A stretch of 47,133 nucleotides of DNA from Candidatus Berkelbacteria bacterium CG10_big_fil_rev_8_21_14_0_10_41_12. GTDB taxonomy: Bacteria; Patescibacteriota; UBA1384; 1-14-0-10-41-12. Positions 16,637 to 27,080 of this stretch are shown in pieces; within the stretch, counting starts at the first letter, position 1; every line of letters begins with the position of its first letter. The stretch is from contig PEZV01000002.1 in assembly GCA_002778735.1 (NCBI GenBank), forward strand, positions 1 to 47,133. The letters run 5' to 3'. Below the pieces are notes generated by a model that saw only the letters and a list, made by a program, of their open reading frames with translations, did no database searches and had not been told where the DNA came from. The position numbers and the translations under genes are program-made.

Positions 16637-17437
16637 TTAATGAATCCTAACAAAATCTGGGAATTTTGTCAATAATTTGGGATAACCGTTTCTAAAATCT
16701 TGGGTTGACATCGGTTTTTTGCCTTCAGGTTGAATTTTCTCAACAATAAGTTTTTTTGAGGATTTTTTAGCTTGCCAAATGATAAACTTCTTGTCCTGAA
16801 TTAGGAAATATGCCTTTTCTTTTGGGAAGTAGCATAAGATTTTTCTCATTGCAGATTCAGGATTGTCGGAGTCGGTTATTTTGAGGTCTGAAGAACGGAT
16901 TTTTTGGCAATATGTAGCTTTGGAATTATCTTGTTTGGTAGACTTAATTTTGGTTATTTTGTTTAATTTGTTGATTTCTTTTGCAGCCGAGAGCAATATT
17001 TTCTTTAGCAGTTTTTCATATGTGTTGTTTTTATTTGAAATATTTTTTTGTATTACTATTTCGCCACAGTCAATTTTTTCATTAACTTTAATAATCGAAT
17101 AACCGATTTTCCCCCCTGTGAGGATTGATGATTGGAGAGGGGATGGTCCTCGAAATTTTGGCAAAATTGACGGGTGGATATTTAAAAGTTTTCCATTAAA
17201 TAATTTAATAATTTTCGATGGGATTACATACGAAAAAGAAAATACAACCGCTAATTCATTATCGGTATTAGGTTTTTTTAGATATTTGGACCAGGATTCT
17301 ACCGTTATTCCTTCTGAGCGAGCGTATTTTGAGAAAAACCCACTTTTTTCAGGTTTATTTATTACGAGCAAAATTTTTTTTGCTTGAATATTGTCCATTA
17401 ATAAAGAAGAGAGGGGATTATTTGTAAATATTATCAT
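16637..17437 (-). CDS. fmt: methionyl-tRNA formyltransferase (short form)
   Basis: LLNIHPSILPKFRGPSPLQSSIL. Overlaps def by 4 nt. Confidence 0.82.
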   Translation of the reverse strand: MIIFTNNPLSSLLMDNIQAKKILLVINKPEKSGFFSKYARSEGITVESWSKYLKKPNTDNELAVVFSFSYVIPSKIIKLFNGKLLNIHPSILPKFRGPSPLQSSILTGGKIGYSIIKVNEKIDCGEIVIQKNISNKNNTYEKLLKKILLSAAKEINKLNKITKIKSTKQDNSKATYCQKIRSSDLKITDSDNPESAMRKILCYFPKEKAYFLIQDKKFIIWQAKKSSKKLIVEKIQPEGKKPMSTQDFRNGYPKLLTKFPDFVRIH

Positions 17438-17916
17438 TGAATTTTTCTGTCTTTAATAAGCGTGCCGTTTAAGTGATCGACTTCATGCATTAACGCTCTA
17501 GCCATCAGGCCCCTAGCTTTGATTTTTTGTTTTTTCCCTTGTTGGTTAATATATCGGCAGTGTAGCTTTTCCGGTCTTGCGATATTGTACTCAATTCCAG
17601 GGAAAGATAAGCACCCTTCTTTCTCAATAATTTGCTTTTTAGTTTTCCAGGTAATTTCGGGGTTGATAAGTATTAACTCCGGGATGTCCGGTGAATCCTC
17701 TTTTGCCTTTTTATTATCATCCTTATCCTTATAATAATATCCAACCACGCAGAGTCTGGTGTTTTTTCCAATCTGTGGCGCAGCGAGGCCAATCCCATCT
17801 ATAGTTTTAAGTAATTTCTTCATATCGGCTGCCAATTTTAAAAGATTGGCGTCAATCTTCTCGACGCTTTCCGATTTTTTTTCTAAGATTTTGTTGGGGT
17901 AAGTTAGCAATTCCAT
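17434..17916 (-). CDS. def: peptide deformylase
   Basis: GIGLAAPQIG, EGCLSFPG, HEVDHLNG. Confidence 0.93.
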   Translation of the reverse strand: MELLTYPNKILEKKSESVEKIDANLLKLAADMKKLLKTIDGIGLAAPQIGKNTRLCVVGYYYKDKDDNKKAKEDSPDIPELILINPEITWKTKKQIIEKEGCLSFPGIEYNIARPEKLHCRYINQQGKKQKIKARGLMARALMHEVDHLNGTLIKDRKIQ

Positions 17917-19079
17917 GAGTGTTTTTCTCCCTCGAGATTTTTGGTGATGGACTTGTAAATTTCGATTAACTTGCCGGTTTGGTTTTTAGCATTAAATCGC
18001 CTTGCTTTTATTCTGGCATTTCTCCCGAGGTGGACGAGCTTGTTTGGAGCGCGAAGCAGATTAATTATTTTATCTGAAAAATCATTTAAGTCAAGTTTGG
18101 AGATTACACCGTCCACTCTGTCATCTATAAAATCAGCTGCTCCGGACCCTTTGATAGCGATAACCGGAGTGCCGGATGCAAATGATTCAAGGGTTACTAA
18201 ACTTTGCGACTCCAGTGGCGAGGGGACTAATGTCAAATCGCAAGCGCCGTAAATTTTATTAACCTTATTTTTAGGTAGATACCCCGTTGTGGTAATGGAG
18301 CCGGAAAATGGTTGACGCGCTATTAGTTCAAGGATGTCTTGCTCTATAGGGCCACCTCCGATAATCAGAAGATGAACATTCTCAAGCGCCTGCCAGACTT
18401 TCTTAAAAGCTTTAAGGAGGAATTCAATATTTTTTTCCTTCGAGATTGAACCCACATAGAGCAGAACTTTATTTTCTGGACGAACTGAGAAATTCATCCG
18501 CATTAAATGTGGGGGGTATGAAATAAAATCTCCCGGGTAAATTCCTGTGGCCAAAACCTCAATATCAGTTTTTACCATTTTTTTCTCGATGTATTTTTTG
18601 GCGCTTGCGCTTGGCGCTATAATAAGATCAGTATTATTTAAATAATTTCTGAAAGTTGTTTCGCATGCCCTTTTTGCGCCTTCCGGTGACTGAAAAGGGG
18701 AATGGTTGAAATAACAGAATTCAGGAAAGAGATTGTGAACTGTATGCACCAGTGGGACTCCTGCTATATCCGCAAGTTGTCTTGGTTTATTGGTGTAGCT
18801 GTAGTAAAAGTGAGAGTGGACTATATCAAGCCCCAGCTTCTTAATTTTTTCTCTATTAAAATTAATTTTCCAAAAAACTGGCTTATTTTTAATAAAAGGA
18901 CTGTAAACTACAGGCACCCGGGCTATATACTTATCGCTATCCTTCCAAGATTCAATTTTGGGAGCGAAAATGTAAACTTTGTGTCCCTGTTTTTCCAATT
19001 CTCTTCTAAAGGTATGAATTGAAACTGTAACTCCGTTTGCTATCGGAGAAAAAGAATCAGTAAAGAATGCAATTCTCAT
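17904..19079 (-). CDS. glycosyltransferase family 4 (GT-B)
   Basis: N-terminus RIAFFTDSFSPIANGV and C-terminal PSPLESQSLVTLESFASGTPVI (E-x7-E region). Confidence 0.8.
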   Translation of the reverse strand: MRIAFFTDSFSPIANGVTVSIHTFRRELEKQGHKVYIFAPKIESWKDSDKYIARVPVVYSPFIKNKPVFWKINFNREKIKKLGLDIVHSHFYYSYTNKPRQLADIAGVPLVHTVHNLFPEFCYFNHSPFQSPEGAKRACETTFRNYLNNTDLIIAPSASAKKYIEKKMVKTDIEVLATGIYPGDFISYPPHLMRMNFSVRPENKVLLYVGSISKEKNIEFLLKAFKKVWQALENVHLLIIGGGPIEQDILELIARQPFSGSITTTGYLPKNKVNKIYGACDLTLVPSPLESQSLVTLESFASGTPVIAIKGSGAADFIDDRVDGVISKLDLNDFSDKIINLLRAPNKLVHLGRNARIKARRFNAKNQTGKLIEIYKSITKNLEGEKHSWNC

Positions 19080-19096
19080 ATTTATATAATACCAGA

Positions 19097-20821
19097 TTAA
19101 TTGATATCTATTGGGTCAACGTAGAATTTAGCGTTGTTAAGTCGGTTAAGTAATTTTTTTATTTCCTCGTGATTTTTCTCGATTTGATTATGATTAAAAA
19201 AGAGTAGGTAATTGTTCTCTAACTCGATATTTTTTTGGGCAAATTTAGTAATTTCGGTAACTGTTTGCGCATCACGGGAATCCCGTTTCACTTCAGTGAT
19301 TTTTATTAACTTTGTTGCTGGCGGAAAACTGCTATTAAGACGCTCCTTAATTTCTTGGGAATAAAATTTTCTCCAATCGTTTTGTATAATTGCGCAGACG
19401 ACTGGATCATCTAAATTTTTTGATATTATTACCATTTGTTCGTATTCAAAATCATTAAATTGGCGAATTAATTTAAATAATTTTATTCTCTGGTCGAAAA
19501 ACGGACTTTCGAATAAATTGTCGAAGCTTTCAAAAATTATCAAATCAATTTTTTTTTCTATCCGCAAAATTGAGTTTAATGTGGCGAGAGTCAGGGTAGA
19601 AGGTTCAATTTTATTATTCTTTGTGACAAGTGATATCTTGAACTGTGAAAATTCATCCTTTAGTCTGGAATAGACCGCACTTAAATTTTTTGAGCTCTCA
19701 ATAACATTTCTTCCTTTGCATTTACTACAAATTAAATCGGCTTTTGTATTGCACTCTGCGCATGTTTGAGATGAGCTGATGAATTTGTCGCTCTTGCAAA
19801 TTGAACATTCAATTTTATCTTTGCAATCTACGCAGTAAAATTGGTCGTTAAGAGACCACGATCCGGCGATTAATACGTTCTTGCCTACACGAAGAAATCC
19901 TTTAATTTTTTGTCCAAGCCCCGGATCAAAAATATTTTTAGTGTTTAGAGCAGTTATATTTTCTTTCCTACGTGAATCCTCTGCAACACTAAGCTGTTTC
20001 TTTTTGTAGCCGATAAAGGCGCTAAGCGATATAGCACTATCAAAAAAAGTTAATTTAGCGCTGTGAATTTTTGAAAGCATCATAGCAACTTTGCGCGCAT
20101 TTGCTCTTGGAAATTGATCTTCTTGGTATGCAAAATTGTCCGGTGAAATCATCATAATATGTCGGAGGTTGGTAAAAGGAAGAAAATTCCCCGGTCTAGT
20201 TGCTATCACAATCTGGTTTTTGCCAGAGAGTAGTTTATTAAATGTCTTAATTTTTTGTGCTTGAGGAATTTGGCTATTGTAAAGGGTCAAATTATTTCTG
20301 TAGGTATTTCTCAAAGAGTTGTAGTATTGATTGGCCTGTATAATCTCAGGAACTATTATAAGGTATTGTCCTGAAAAATTTATTGTTTGTTTAATTAGGG
20401 GAATAATATTTGATTTTGGGCAGATTTGAAATGTGTATTTTACCTTAAGCTGACTCTTCTGCCAGGTTTTAGCAGTTGCCTTTAAATCAGACAAATATTT
20501 GTCGGAGATGTTTGGCAGGAAAGAAAATATTGCATCGGCAAGAGAGGAAAAATATTCCTTTGCGATTTGTCCAGCCAATATAAACTGATTGTCTGTTATT
20601 ATTGCGACCGGAGTCAGAATCTTTTTAATCGATTTTAGTTCACGTCGAGTATCGGAGGTCTTTTTTTTGCCGAAAACAATTCCCTGAGTCAAAGATTGGC
20701 CGAAAGGAACTTTTATTAGTTGCCCTTTCTCTAATTTTTGTCCTGCAATATAATCGAAACAACTGTCTTTTGACAATTTTCTTTTTACAAGAACACTGTA
20801 AATTCCCACACCAAACCTCAA
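19097..20821 (-). CDS. priA: primosomal protein N' (PriA)-like, ATPase motifs degenerate
   Basis: PriA layout: N-terminal 3'-DNA-binding region (FDYI...G..IKVPFG....GIV), LIIVPEI, and a Cys-rich zinc region (CVDC..C.IC...C.EC...CSKC). No GxGKT Walker A, and the DEEH box reads SPDN. TTG start at 20821; GTG 20809 is an alternative. Confidence 0.7.
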   Translation of the reverse strand: MRFGVGIYSVLVKRKLSKDSCFDYIAGQKLEKGQLIKVPFGQSLTQGIVFGKKKTSDTRRELKSIKKILTPVAIITDNQFILAGQIAKEYFSSLADAIFSFLPNISDKYLSDLKATAKTWQKSQLKVKYTFQICPKSNIIPLIKQTINFSGQYLIIVPEIIQANQYYNSLRNTYRNNLTLYNSQIPQAQKIKTFNKLLSGKNQIVIATRPGNFLPFTNLRHIMMISPDNFAYQEDQFPRANARKVAMMLSKIHSAKLTFFDSAISLSAFIGYKKKQLSVAEDSRRKENITALNTKNIFDPGLGQKIKGFLRVGKNVLIAGSWSLNDQFYCVDCKDKIECSICKSDKFISSSQTCAECNTKADLICSKCKGRNVIESSKNLSAVYSRLKDEFSQFKISLVTKNNKIEPSTLTLATLNSILRIEKKIDLIIFESFDNLFESPFFDQRIKLFKLIRQFNDFEYEQMVIISKNLDDPVVCAIIQNDWRKFYSQEIKERLNSSFPPATKLIKITEVKRDSRDAQTVTEITKFAQKNIELENNYLLFFNHNQIEKNHEEIKKLLNRLNNAKFYVDPIDIN

Positions 20822-20907
20822 TTTTTTCTTTTAAGAGACAAGGTGATAAAGTTATTTGAAAGATTATCTGACATTGTTGCGGACATTGTTGCAAATTTGG
20901 TGTGGCG
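20805..20907. repeat. inverted-repeat element, copy C
   Basis: CCACACCAAA (20806-20815) pairs with TTTGGTGTGG (20896-20905), loop 80 nt. The interior carries a tandem GACATTGTTGC x2. Related to copies at 23090 and 45063. Confidence 0.7.
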
Positions 20908-20912
20908 ATGAA

Positions 20913-21878
<966 letters not shown>

Positions 21879-21912
21879 TTATTGCAAAGTGAAATTATTT
21901 CAAGAGTTTATA

Positions 21913-23046
21913 TTAGAACGGTGGGACTGGCCTACCGCCAATTATAAGTTCAAAATGAAGGTGCGGACCGGTTGATCTTCCTGACGATCCTGAATATCCA
22001 ATAACTTGTCCTTGTGAAACGTAATCACCGGCGCTAACAGCGAAACCTGAAAGGTGCGCATATCTTGTGGTCCTTCCCCCTCCATGGTCTACAACTATCT
22101 GGTTGCCATAACCGCCGTTCCAGCCAGAACTGACAATAGTCACTTTACCTGAATCTGCCGCTGCCACCGATGTGCCAATAGGTGCCATATAATCAATTCC
22201 CGTATGTCCTCCTCCAAAGCCTCTCGAAATCCCGTTATGGCTTATCGGTACAATAAGACTACCCGAAGAAGTGCCGTCATATGCGGAAGATTGTTGGGTA
22301 CTGCTTCTGGCAGATAAAGATCTCGAGGTTGAAGCGGCAAGAACTTTTGTTTGTTTCGCGGCGAGCTCTTTTTGTCTTTTTTCCTCAGCTGCTTTGCGCT
22401 CTTCCTCTTCCGCTTTTTTAATAGCAACAATCCAATCATCAGAGGTGGAAGTGTCTTTCTTGGGAATTGAAAGTTCCATACCTTCTTTAATGTTTTTGGT
22501 ATTAGTCGGACTTATATTGTTTGCATCTAGAATAGTTGCAACGTGCAAATTAAATTTTTCAGCAATTTGTGTAATTGTTTCTCCTTGAGCAACCGTGTAT
22601 GTTGCGGCTTGTCTGACGGGCTCGGGCGTCGTTGTACCTTCGTTAACTTGTAACTGTTTTGCAACATCATATTCATTTTTGGTGATCATCATAGAAAGAG
22701 CAACATCACTTTTCTTCTCTTCAATACCCGGAGTATATTTAGATATATCTTCGACAAACGTACCAGCTTTCATGGGGTCAATTGGGTCTGAATACATTGA
22801 AATATCTCTGTATATTTGACTGTTGACAGACGCTTCGGAAACCCAAGGAATTAGTGCAATAAAAGCAAGAAGTATAATATTCAAGGTAGATCGCTTACCA
22901 ATAGGTGAGCTAAAGAAAACCTTTATTTTTAAAGAGTTAACAAAAAATAAAGTTCGAACTTCGTTAGCCAAAATCCGAATTTTTTTAATTAGAAACCTTG
23001 TTCTTTTATTTTCTACAGAGGGAGGTTCCTCTAAATTTGTAATCAT
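21913..23046 (-). CDS. LysM-domain M23 family metallopeptidase
   Basis: N-terminal TM segment. LysM domain YTVAQGETITQIAEKFNL..ILDANNI. M23 motifs HTGIDY and GSSGRSTGPHLHFE. Confidence 0.88.
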   Translation of the reverse strand: MITNLEEPPSVENKRTRFLIKKIRILANEVRTLFFVNSLKIKVFFSSPIGKRSTLNIILLAFIALIPWVSEASVNSQIYRDISMYSDPIDPMKAGTFVEDISKYTPGIEEKKSDVALSMMITKNEYDVAKQLQVNEGTTTPEPVRQAATYTVAQGETITQIAEKFNLHVATILDANNISPTNTKNIKEGMELSIPKKDTSTSDDWIVAIKKAEEEERKAAEEKRQKELAAKQTKVLAASTSRSLSARSSTQQSSAYDGTSSGSLIVPISHNGISRGFGGGHTGIDYMAPIGTSVAAADSGKVTIVSSGWNGGYGNQIVVDHGGGRTTRYAHLSGFAVSAGDYVSQGQVIGYSGSSGRSTGPHLHFELIIGGRPVPPF

Positions 23047-23062
23047 CTTTTATACGTAAGTT

Positions 23063-23090
23063 AGTATATAGTCCAGCTAAGCGTTGTCAA
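23063..23090 (-). promoter_or_regulatory. candidate promoter for the M23 peptidase gene
   Basis: Minus strand reads TTGACA-16 nt-TATACT, ending about 17 nt before the ATG. Confidence 0.5.
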
Positions 23091-23192
23091 CCCCCACGCC
23101 AAACTATAACTGCCGTTTTTCAATTATTTTGGTAAGTACAATTAATCAACCCAGTTAGTTAAGCAAAACTCTCAGGGTTTGGTGTGTGCGGT
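23090..23192 (-). repeat. inverted-repeat element, copy A
   Basis: Arms ACCCCCACGCCAAAC (23090-23104) and GTTTGGTGTGTGCGGT (23177-23192). In the core, 30 of 36 positions are identical to copy B when reverse-complemented. Confidence 0.75.
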
Positions 23193-23217
23193 CAAGCCTT
23201 AGGGTGCTCTTTATTAT

Positions 23218-24432
23218 TTATTTATTGCCTAACTGCACCGAGATAGTTTCGGGAGAAAAAGATATTACGGAAAGGCTCCCCGGGAGTCCATTTATTGTTT
23301 TTGAATAGGGAATTGAGAATGTTGAGTTTTTTCTGTTAGTTAAATCAATGTCTACGGATAATAAGTCTGAGTTGATAGAATCTAACAAGTCTCTCGAACC
23401 CGCTATCGTAGCCTGTATAGATGGAGGAGCTATCGAAATTATCCGCTGATCAGCGGATAGATTAACCGGATTAACTTTGATAGAGAAATTTTCAACTGCC
23501 TCGACTTGACTAATAGTTAATGTTACCTTCACAAGATTAGTTTTATCTTCAAGAACTATACCGCTCGGGATGTTGAGGGAAATTGTTATTGTCTTTGTTT
23601 GATTAAGCCCAGAAATATCGATCAATTTTGTTTCAATATATTTGGTTTGCGCAATCGTGTTTGCGCTCCCCGAAATTAGTGCTGTTTCAGGGTCTATTGT
23701 AACCGAACTTATAGCATAACCATCAGCCAAGTTTCCTTGGAATACTGGTTTGATGCTGACAGTTTTAGTCCCGGCTGTTTTATCGACCACGACATCAACG
23801 CTAACCTCAGAAGGGTAAAACTTAATGTCTTTCAGTTGTTCACCGTCTGCTGAAAATGCTGACAAACTAGCGACTTTTGTGAAATTATTATTCTCGCCGG
23901 ATAACTTGATTGTGGCGACAGCTTCATTTGCCAATTTGATTTCACTTTCAGGGCCTTGCACTTCAACCTCGGGTGGAGAAATGGTTTTCTCAATTGCTGA
24001 AAAGCCGTCAGCAGCTTTTGCTTCGAACTTGACGCGCACAGGAACGGTCTTTGTGACGATGGGCTCAATTTTGACCGTAACTACACGCGGATCCCGATCG
24101 ATTATTTGGATGTTGGAATTTGCCGAAGTGACCGTAACGTCTTTCTCGTATGTTCCACTCGAGAGTCCGCTCAGGTCGACAAAAGCTTTAAAATTATCCG
24201 TACTAATATCTTTTAGAGCAATTGAATCAGATCTTATTTTTATTGAAACGGAGTCATTGTCGAGAAGCGCAACCAGGCCGCCTTGGATATTTCTAGGTTC
24301 TATAATTATTTTCCCTGGAAAATTTACAACAGAACTTGCGTTTGTTGTTGTGTAAATCCAAATTACTAAGGCAATAATTACAGAAATTAATTTAGATGGC
24401 CAATTCGAAAATATTTTTTTTGACAGTTTCAT
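23218..24432 (-). CDS. cdaR: YbbR-domain protein (CdaR-like regulator of CdaA)
   Basis: N-terminal TM segment followed by repeated YbbR-like beta domains. Overlaps cdaA by 4 nt, the canonical cdaA-cdaR order. Confidence 0.8.
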   Translation of the reverse strand: MKLSKKIFSNWPSKLISVIIALVIWIYTTTNASSVVNFPGKIIIEPRNIQGGLVALLDNDSVSIKIRSDSIALKDISTDNFKAFVDLSGLSSGTYEKDVTVTSANSNIQIIDRDPRVVTVKIEPIVTKTVPVRVKFEAKAADGFSAIEKTISPPEVEVQGPESEIKLANEAVATIKLSGENNNFTKVASLSAFSADGEQLKDIKFYPSEVSVDVVVDKTAGTKTVSIKPVFQGNLADGYAISSVTIDPETALISGSANTIAQTKYIETKLIDISGLNQTKTITISLNIPSGIVLEDKTNLVKVTLTISQVEAVENFSIKVNPVNLSADQRIISIAPPSIQATIAGSRDLLDSINSDLLSVDIDLTNRKNSTFSIPYSKTINGLPGSLSVISFSPETISVQLGNK

Positions 24433-25256
24433 TTTTTATTTTCCTTCAGATTCAAAAGCTGCATCAACCGATTTTTCAAACTTTCTTGGGTTAAACCGGA
24501 TTCCAGTATTCCGTCAACAGCGATAGATATTTCTCCTCTTTCTTCTGAAACGATGATTACAATTGCGTCCGAAATTGTTGATATTCCTATCGCAGCGCGA
24601 TGCCGTGTGCCGAGACGATAATCGAATTTGGACTCGGAGAGGGGGAGAATTGTTCCTGCAGCTTTTATTTTATTTCCGGCGATAATGACCGCACCGTCGT
24701 GAAGTGGTGCTTTGGGCGAAAAAATATTGAGCAGCAATTCTGTAGAGAGTCTAGCGTCAAGTACTGTGCCTTTCTCGACATGTTCTTTGAGCTTTTGATT
24801 TCTTGAGAGAACAATCAGGGCTCCCGTTTTATTTTTTGAGAGAATTGCGCATACTTCGGAGATAATATCAATAATGCTAATAAGCTGATTTTTTCGTAGC
24901 TTATTAAAATCATTGACTAATTTAGCGGTACCAATTTTTTCGAGTGCATTTCTAAGTTCTGGCTGAAAAACGATTGGAATAGCGACCACGATAGCAGTTA
25001 AGGCATATTTAAGGATAAAGTTAAGGGCTGTGAGATTTAGAGTTCTGCCGAAAAACCAGATAACAAATAACAGTCCAATACCGTATAGAATCTGAACCGC
25101 CCTAGTTTCTTTGATAATTGTGTATATCCAATAAAATAATGCGGCTACAATAATGATATCTAAGACCGAAATAAAATTGAATTTTGAAAATATCGCTTCA
25201 AATAGAGACAGAGTTTGATCTGCCGATCCTAAGACTTTGACTACGCCTGGATTTAT
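24429..25256 (-). CDS. cdaA: diadenylate cyclase CdaA (DisA_N domain), non-canonical start
   Basis: The track ORF (GTG 24989) holds only the DAC domain (PLHDGAVII, GTRHRAA). The in-frame upstream 270 nt encode the expected three TM helices and the TRAVQ motif. That stretch has no ATG/GTG/TTG. A strong AAGGAGG lies 5 nt before ATA 25256. Confidence 0.75.
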   Translation of the reverse strand: MNPGVVKVLGSADQTLSLFEAIFSKFNFISVLDIIIVAALFYWIYTIIKETRAVQILYGIGLLFVIWFFGRTLNLTALNFILKYALTAIVVAIPIVFQPELRNALEKIGTAKLVNDFNKLRKNQLISIIDIISEVCAILSKNKTGALIVLSRNQKLKEHVEKGTVLDARLSTELLLNIFSPKAPLHDGAVIIAGNKIKAAGTILPLSESKFDYRLGTRHRAAIGISTISDAIVIIVSEERGEISIAVDGILESGLTQESLKNRLMQLLNLKENKK

Positions 25257-25292
25257 TTTCCCCTCCTTTTAATTTAAGTATATTTCCTTTTT

Positions 25293-27080
25293 TTATTTAT
25301 TCAACTTTTTCTTTATGGATTTTACAATTTCTTCAGTTCTGATGAATTCGGCGATATCGCCTTCTTTTAATCTGGCAGCACCCTGATAACTTATTCCGCA
25401 TTCATCATTTTGCTGCGCTTTGTTTACACTTCCTTGCCCTTTCTTAACGCTAATAGTTTTAAGTTCGTAGATTTTTTCACTATCTCTCAATATTTCTATT
25501 TTGGTTGCCGGTGTCACCTCTCCGGCAGTGACTAAGCCACCGAATATTCCACTTTCCTTCTCAGTCCTGAAAATTTTAAGAATCTTCATTTTGCCTATCC
25601 TGGTTTCGACAATCTCCGGTTCGAGCATTCCTTCCAACGCAGACACTATATCATCAAGCAACTGGTATATTATGTCGTATTTGGAAATTTTAATTTTATT
25701 TTGTTCAGCCAATTTACGAACATTTGGTGGGACAGGAGCTTTAAAAGCGATTATGACTGCCTCTGTTGAAATGGCAAGGTTGATATCAGATTCATTAACT
25801 GGCCCGACTGAAGCAGAAATAATTTTTATGCCAATATCGTCGGATGCAATTTCGCTTAGAGAATTTTTTATTGCGCCAAGCGAACCTTGTACATCTGCTC
25901 TTAGTATTAAATTTAATTCTTTTATTTTGCCCTCTTTGGCCTGTTTGGAGATTTCTACCAATCCTGTGCCCGAGGAAAATCCCTTAACATTTTTTTGTTT
26001 CTTATTGCTCTCAGCAATTGTTTTTGCCGTTTTCTCGTCTGGTGCGGCTTTAATTATGCTCCCAGATCTGGGAATATTTTTGAATCCGGAGACAAGTACG
26101 GGCATTGAGGGACCGGCTTCTTTGATTCTTTTTCCTGTCCAGTCTTCCAGGATCCTGATCTTTGCGCTTTCGTCGTCAAAGATTATACTATCTCCAACGT
26201 GTATTATTCCTTCTTGGATTAAAATTGTAGCAACTACTCCCTTGCCTGGCTGCATCTTACTCTCGATGATGACGCCCTTTGCTGGTTTGTTTATGTCGGC
26301 TTTTAATTCAGCAAGATCGGCATTTAAAATAATCATCTCTAAAAGCTCGTGGATATTAGTGCCGTCTTTTGCTGAAACCGGCACCATAATAGTTTTTCCG
26401 CCCCATTCTTCGGGAATAAGACCCTGGTCGGAAAGCTCTCTTTTGACCATTTCTTGATCAGCTTCCGGCTTATCAATTTTATTAATTGCCACAATAATGG
26501 GCACCTTGGCGGCTTTTGCGTGACTGATAGCTTCTATTGTTTGTGGCTTTACACCATCGTCTGCTGCTACAACAAGAATGACAATATCAGTAATGTTTGC
26601 GCCCCGCGCTCGCATCATCGAGAATGCTTCGTGGCCAGGCGTGTCGATAAAAGTAATTGTTCTTTCGGATTTTTTCCCCGATTTACTCTGCAGACTGATT
26701 ACCGTTTGATATGCGCCTATATGTTGAGTTATGCCTCCTGATTCTTGATCGATAACATTGGTCTGTCTTATTCTGTCTAATAGTTTTGTTTTACCATGGT
26801 CGACATGTCCCATAATTGTGACAACCGGTGGCCTAATCTCTATCTTGGGTTTCTTGCTCGATTCAAAATGGACTTCATTTCCCCTCTCTTTTTCTTCTCG
26901 AGTCTCAAATCCGAATTCGTCTGCGATAATAGACGCAGTTTCAAAGTCGATGCTTTCGTTGATAGTTGCCATAACGCCATTTTGAATAAGCTTGGCCACA
27001 ATTCCTGACGGAGATATACCAATCTTTTCGGACAATGTTCTAATGGGTACAACAACCGGGAGTGATATCTTTTTATCCAT
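25293..27080 (-). CDS. infB: translation initiation factor IF-2
   Basis: G domain [24 protein letters not shown]. 595 aa. Confidence 0.95.
   Translation of the reverse strand: MDKKISLPVVVPIRTLSEKIGISPSGIVAKLIQNGVMATINESIDFETASIIADEFGFETREEKERGNEVHFESSKKPKIEIRPPVVTIMGHVDHGKTKLLDRIRQTNVIDQESGGITQHIGAYQTVISLQSKSGKKSERTITFIDTPGHEAFSMMRARGANITDIVILVVAADDGVKPQTIEAISHAKAAKVPIIVAINKIDKPEADQEMVKRELSDQGLIPEEWGGKTIMVPVSAKDGTNIHELLEMIILNADLAELKADINKPAKGVIIESKMQPGKGVVATILIQEGIIHVGDSIIFDDESAKIRILEDWTGKRIKEAGPSMPVLVSGFKNIPRSGSIIKAAPDEKTAKTIAESNKKQKNVKGFSSGTGLVEISKQAKEGKIKELNLILRADVQGSLGAIKNSLSEIASDDIGIKIISASVGPVNESDINLAISTEAVIIAFKAPVPPNVRKLAEQNKIKISKYDIIYQLLDDIVSALEGMLEPEIVETRIGKMKILKIFRTEKESGIFGGLVTAGEVTPATKIEILRDSEKIYELKTISVKKGQGSVNKAQQNDECGISYQGAARLKEGDIAEFIRTEEIVKSIKKKLNK

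Noticed and set aside
19549-19557. Homopolymer runs as phase-variation switches: T9 in priA at 19549-19557, A8 at the tmk start at 7307-7314, and T8 runs at 17875 and 20659.
   Set aside because: Runs of 8-9 A/T are expected in DNA of about 30-35% G+C. They sit in housekeeping genes where on/off switching is implausible.
23047-23217. ydaO-type c-di-AMP riboswitch in front of the M23 hydrolase gene.
   Set aside because: The context is attractive (cdaA operon upstream, cell-wall hydrolase downstream). No ydaO consensus blocks could be recognised by eye, and the candidate promoter lies downstream of most of the spacer. A covariance-model search is needed.
25501-26457. Long antisense ORFs in the track. 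Examples: 318 aa opposite infB, 176 aa at 23825-24355 opposite cdaR, 108 aa at 15659-15985 opposite the KH gene, 114 aa at 15970-16314 opposite rpsP, and 110 aa at 41241-41573 opposite the acidic-protein gene.
   Set aside because: Each lies wholly inside a confidently identified gene on the other strand. Their compositions are low-complexity S/L/F/I-rich, typical of shadow frames, and they have no recognisable motifs or RBS.
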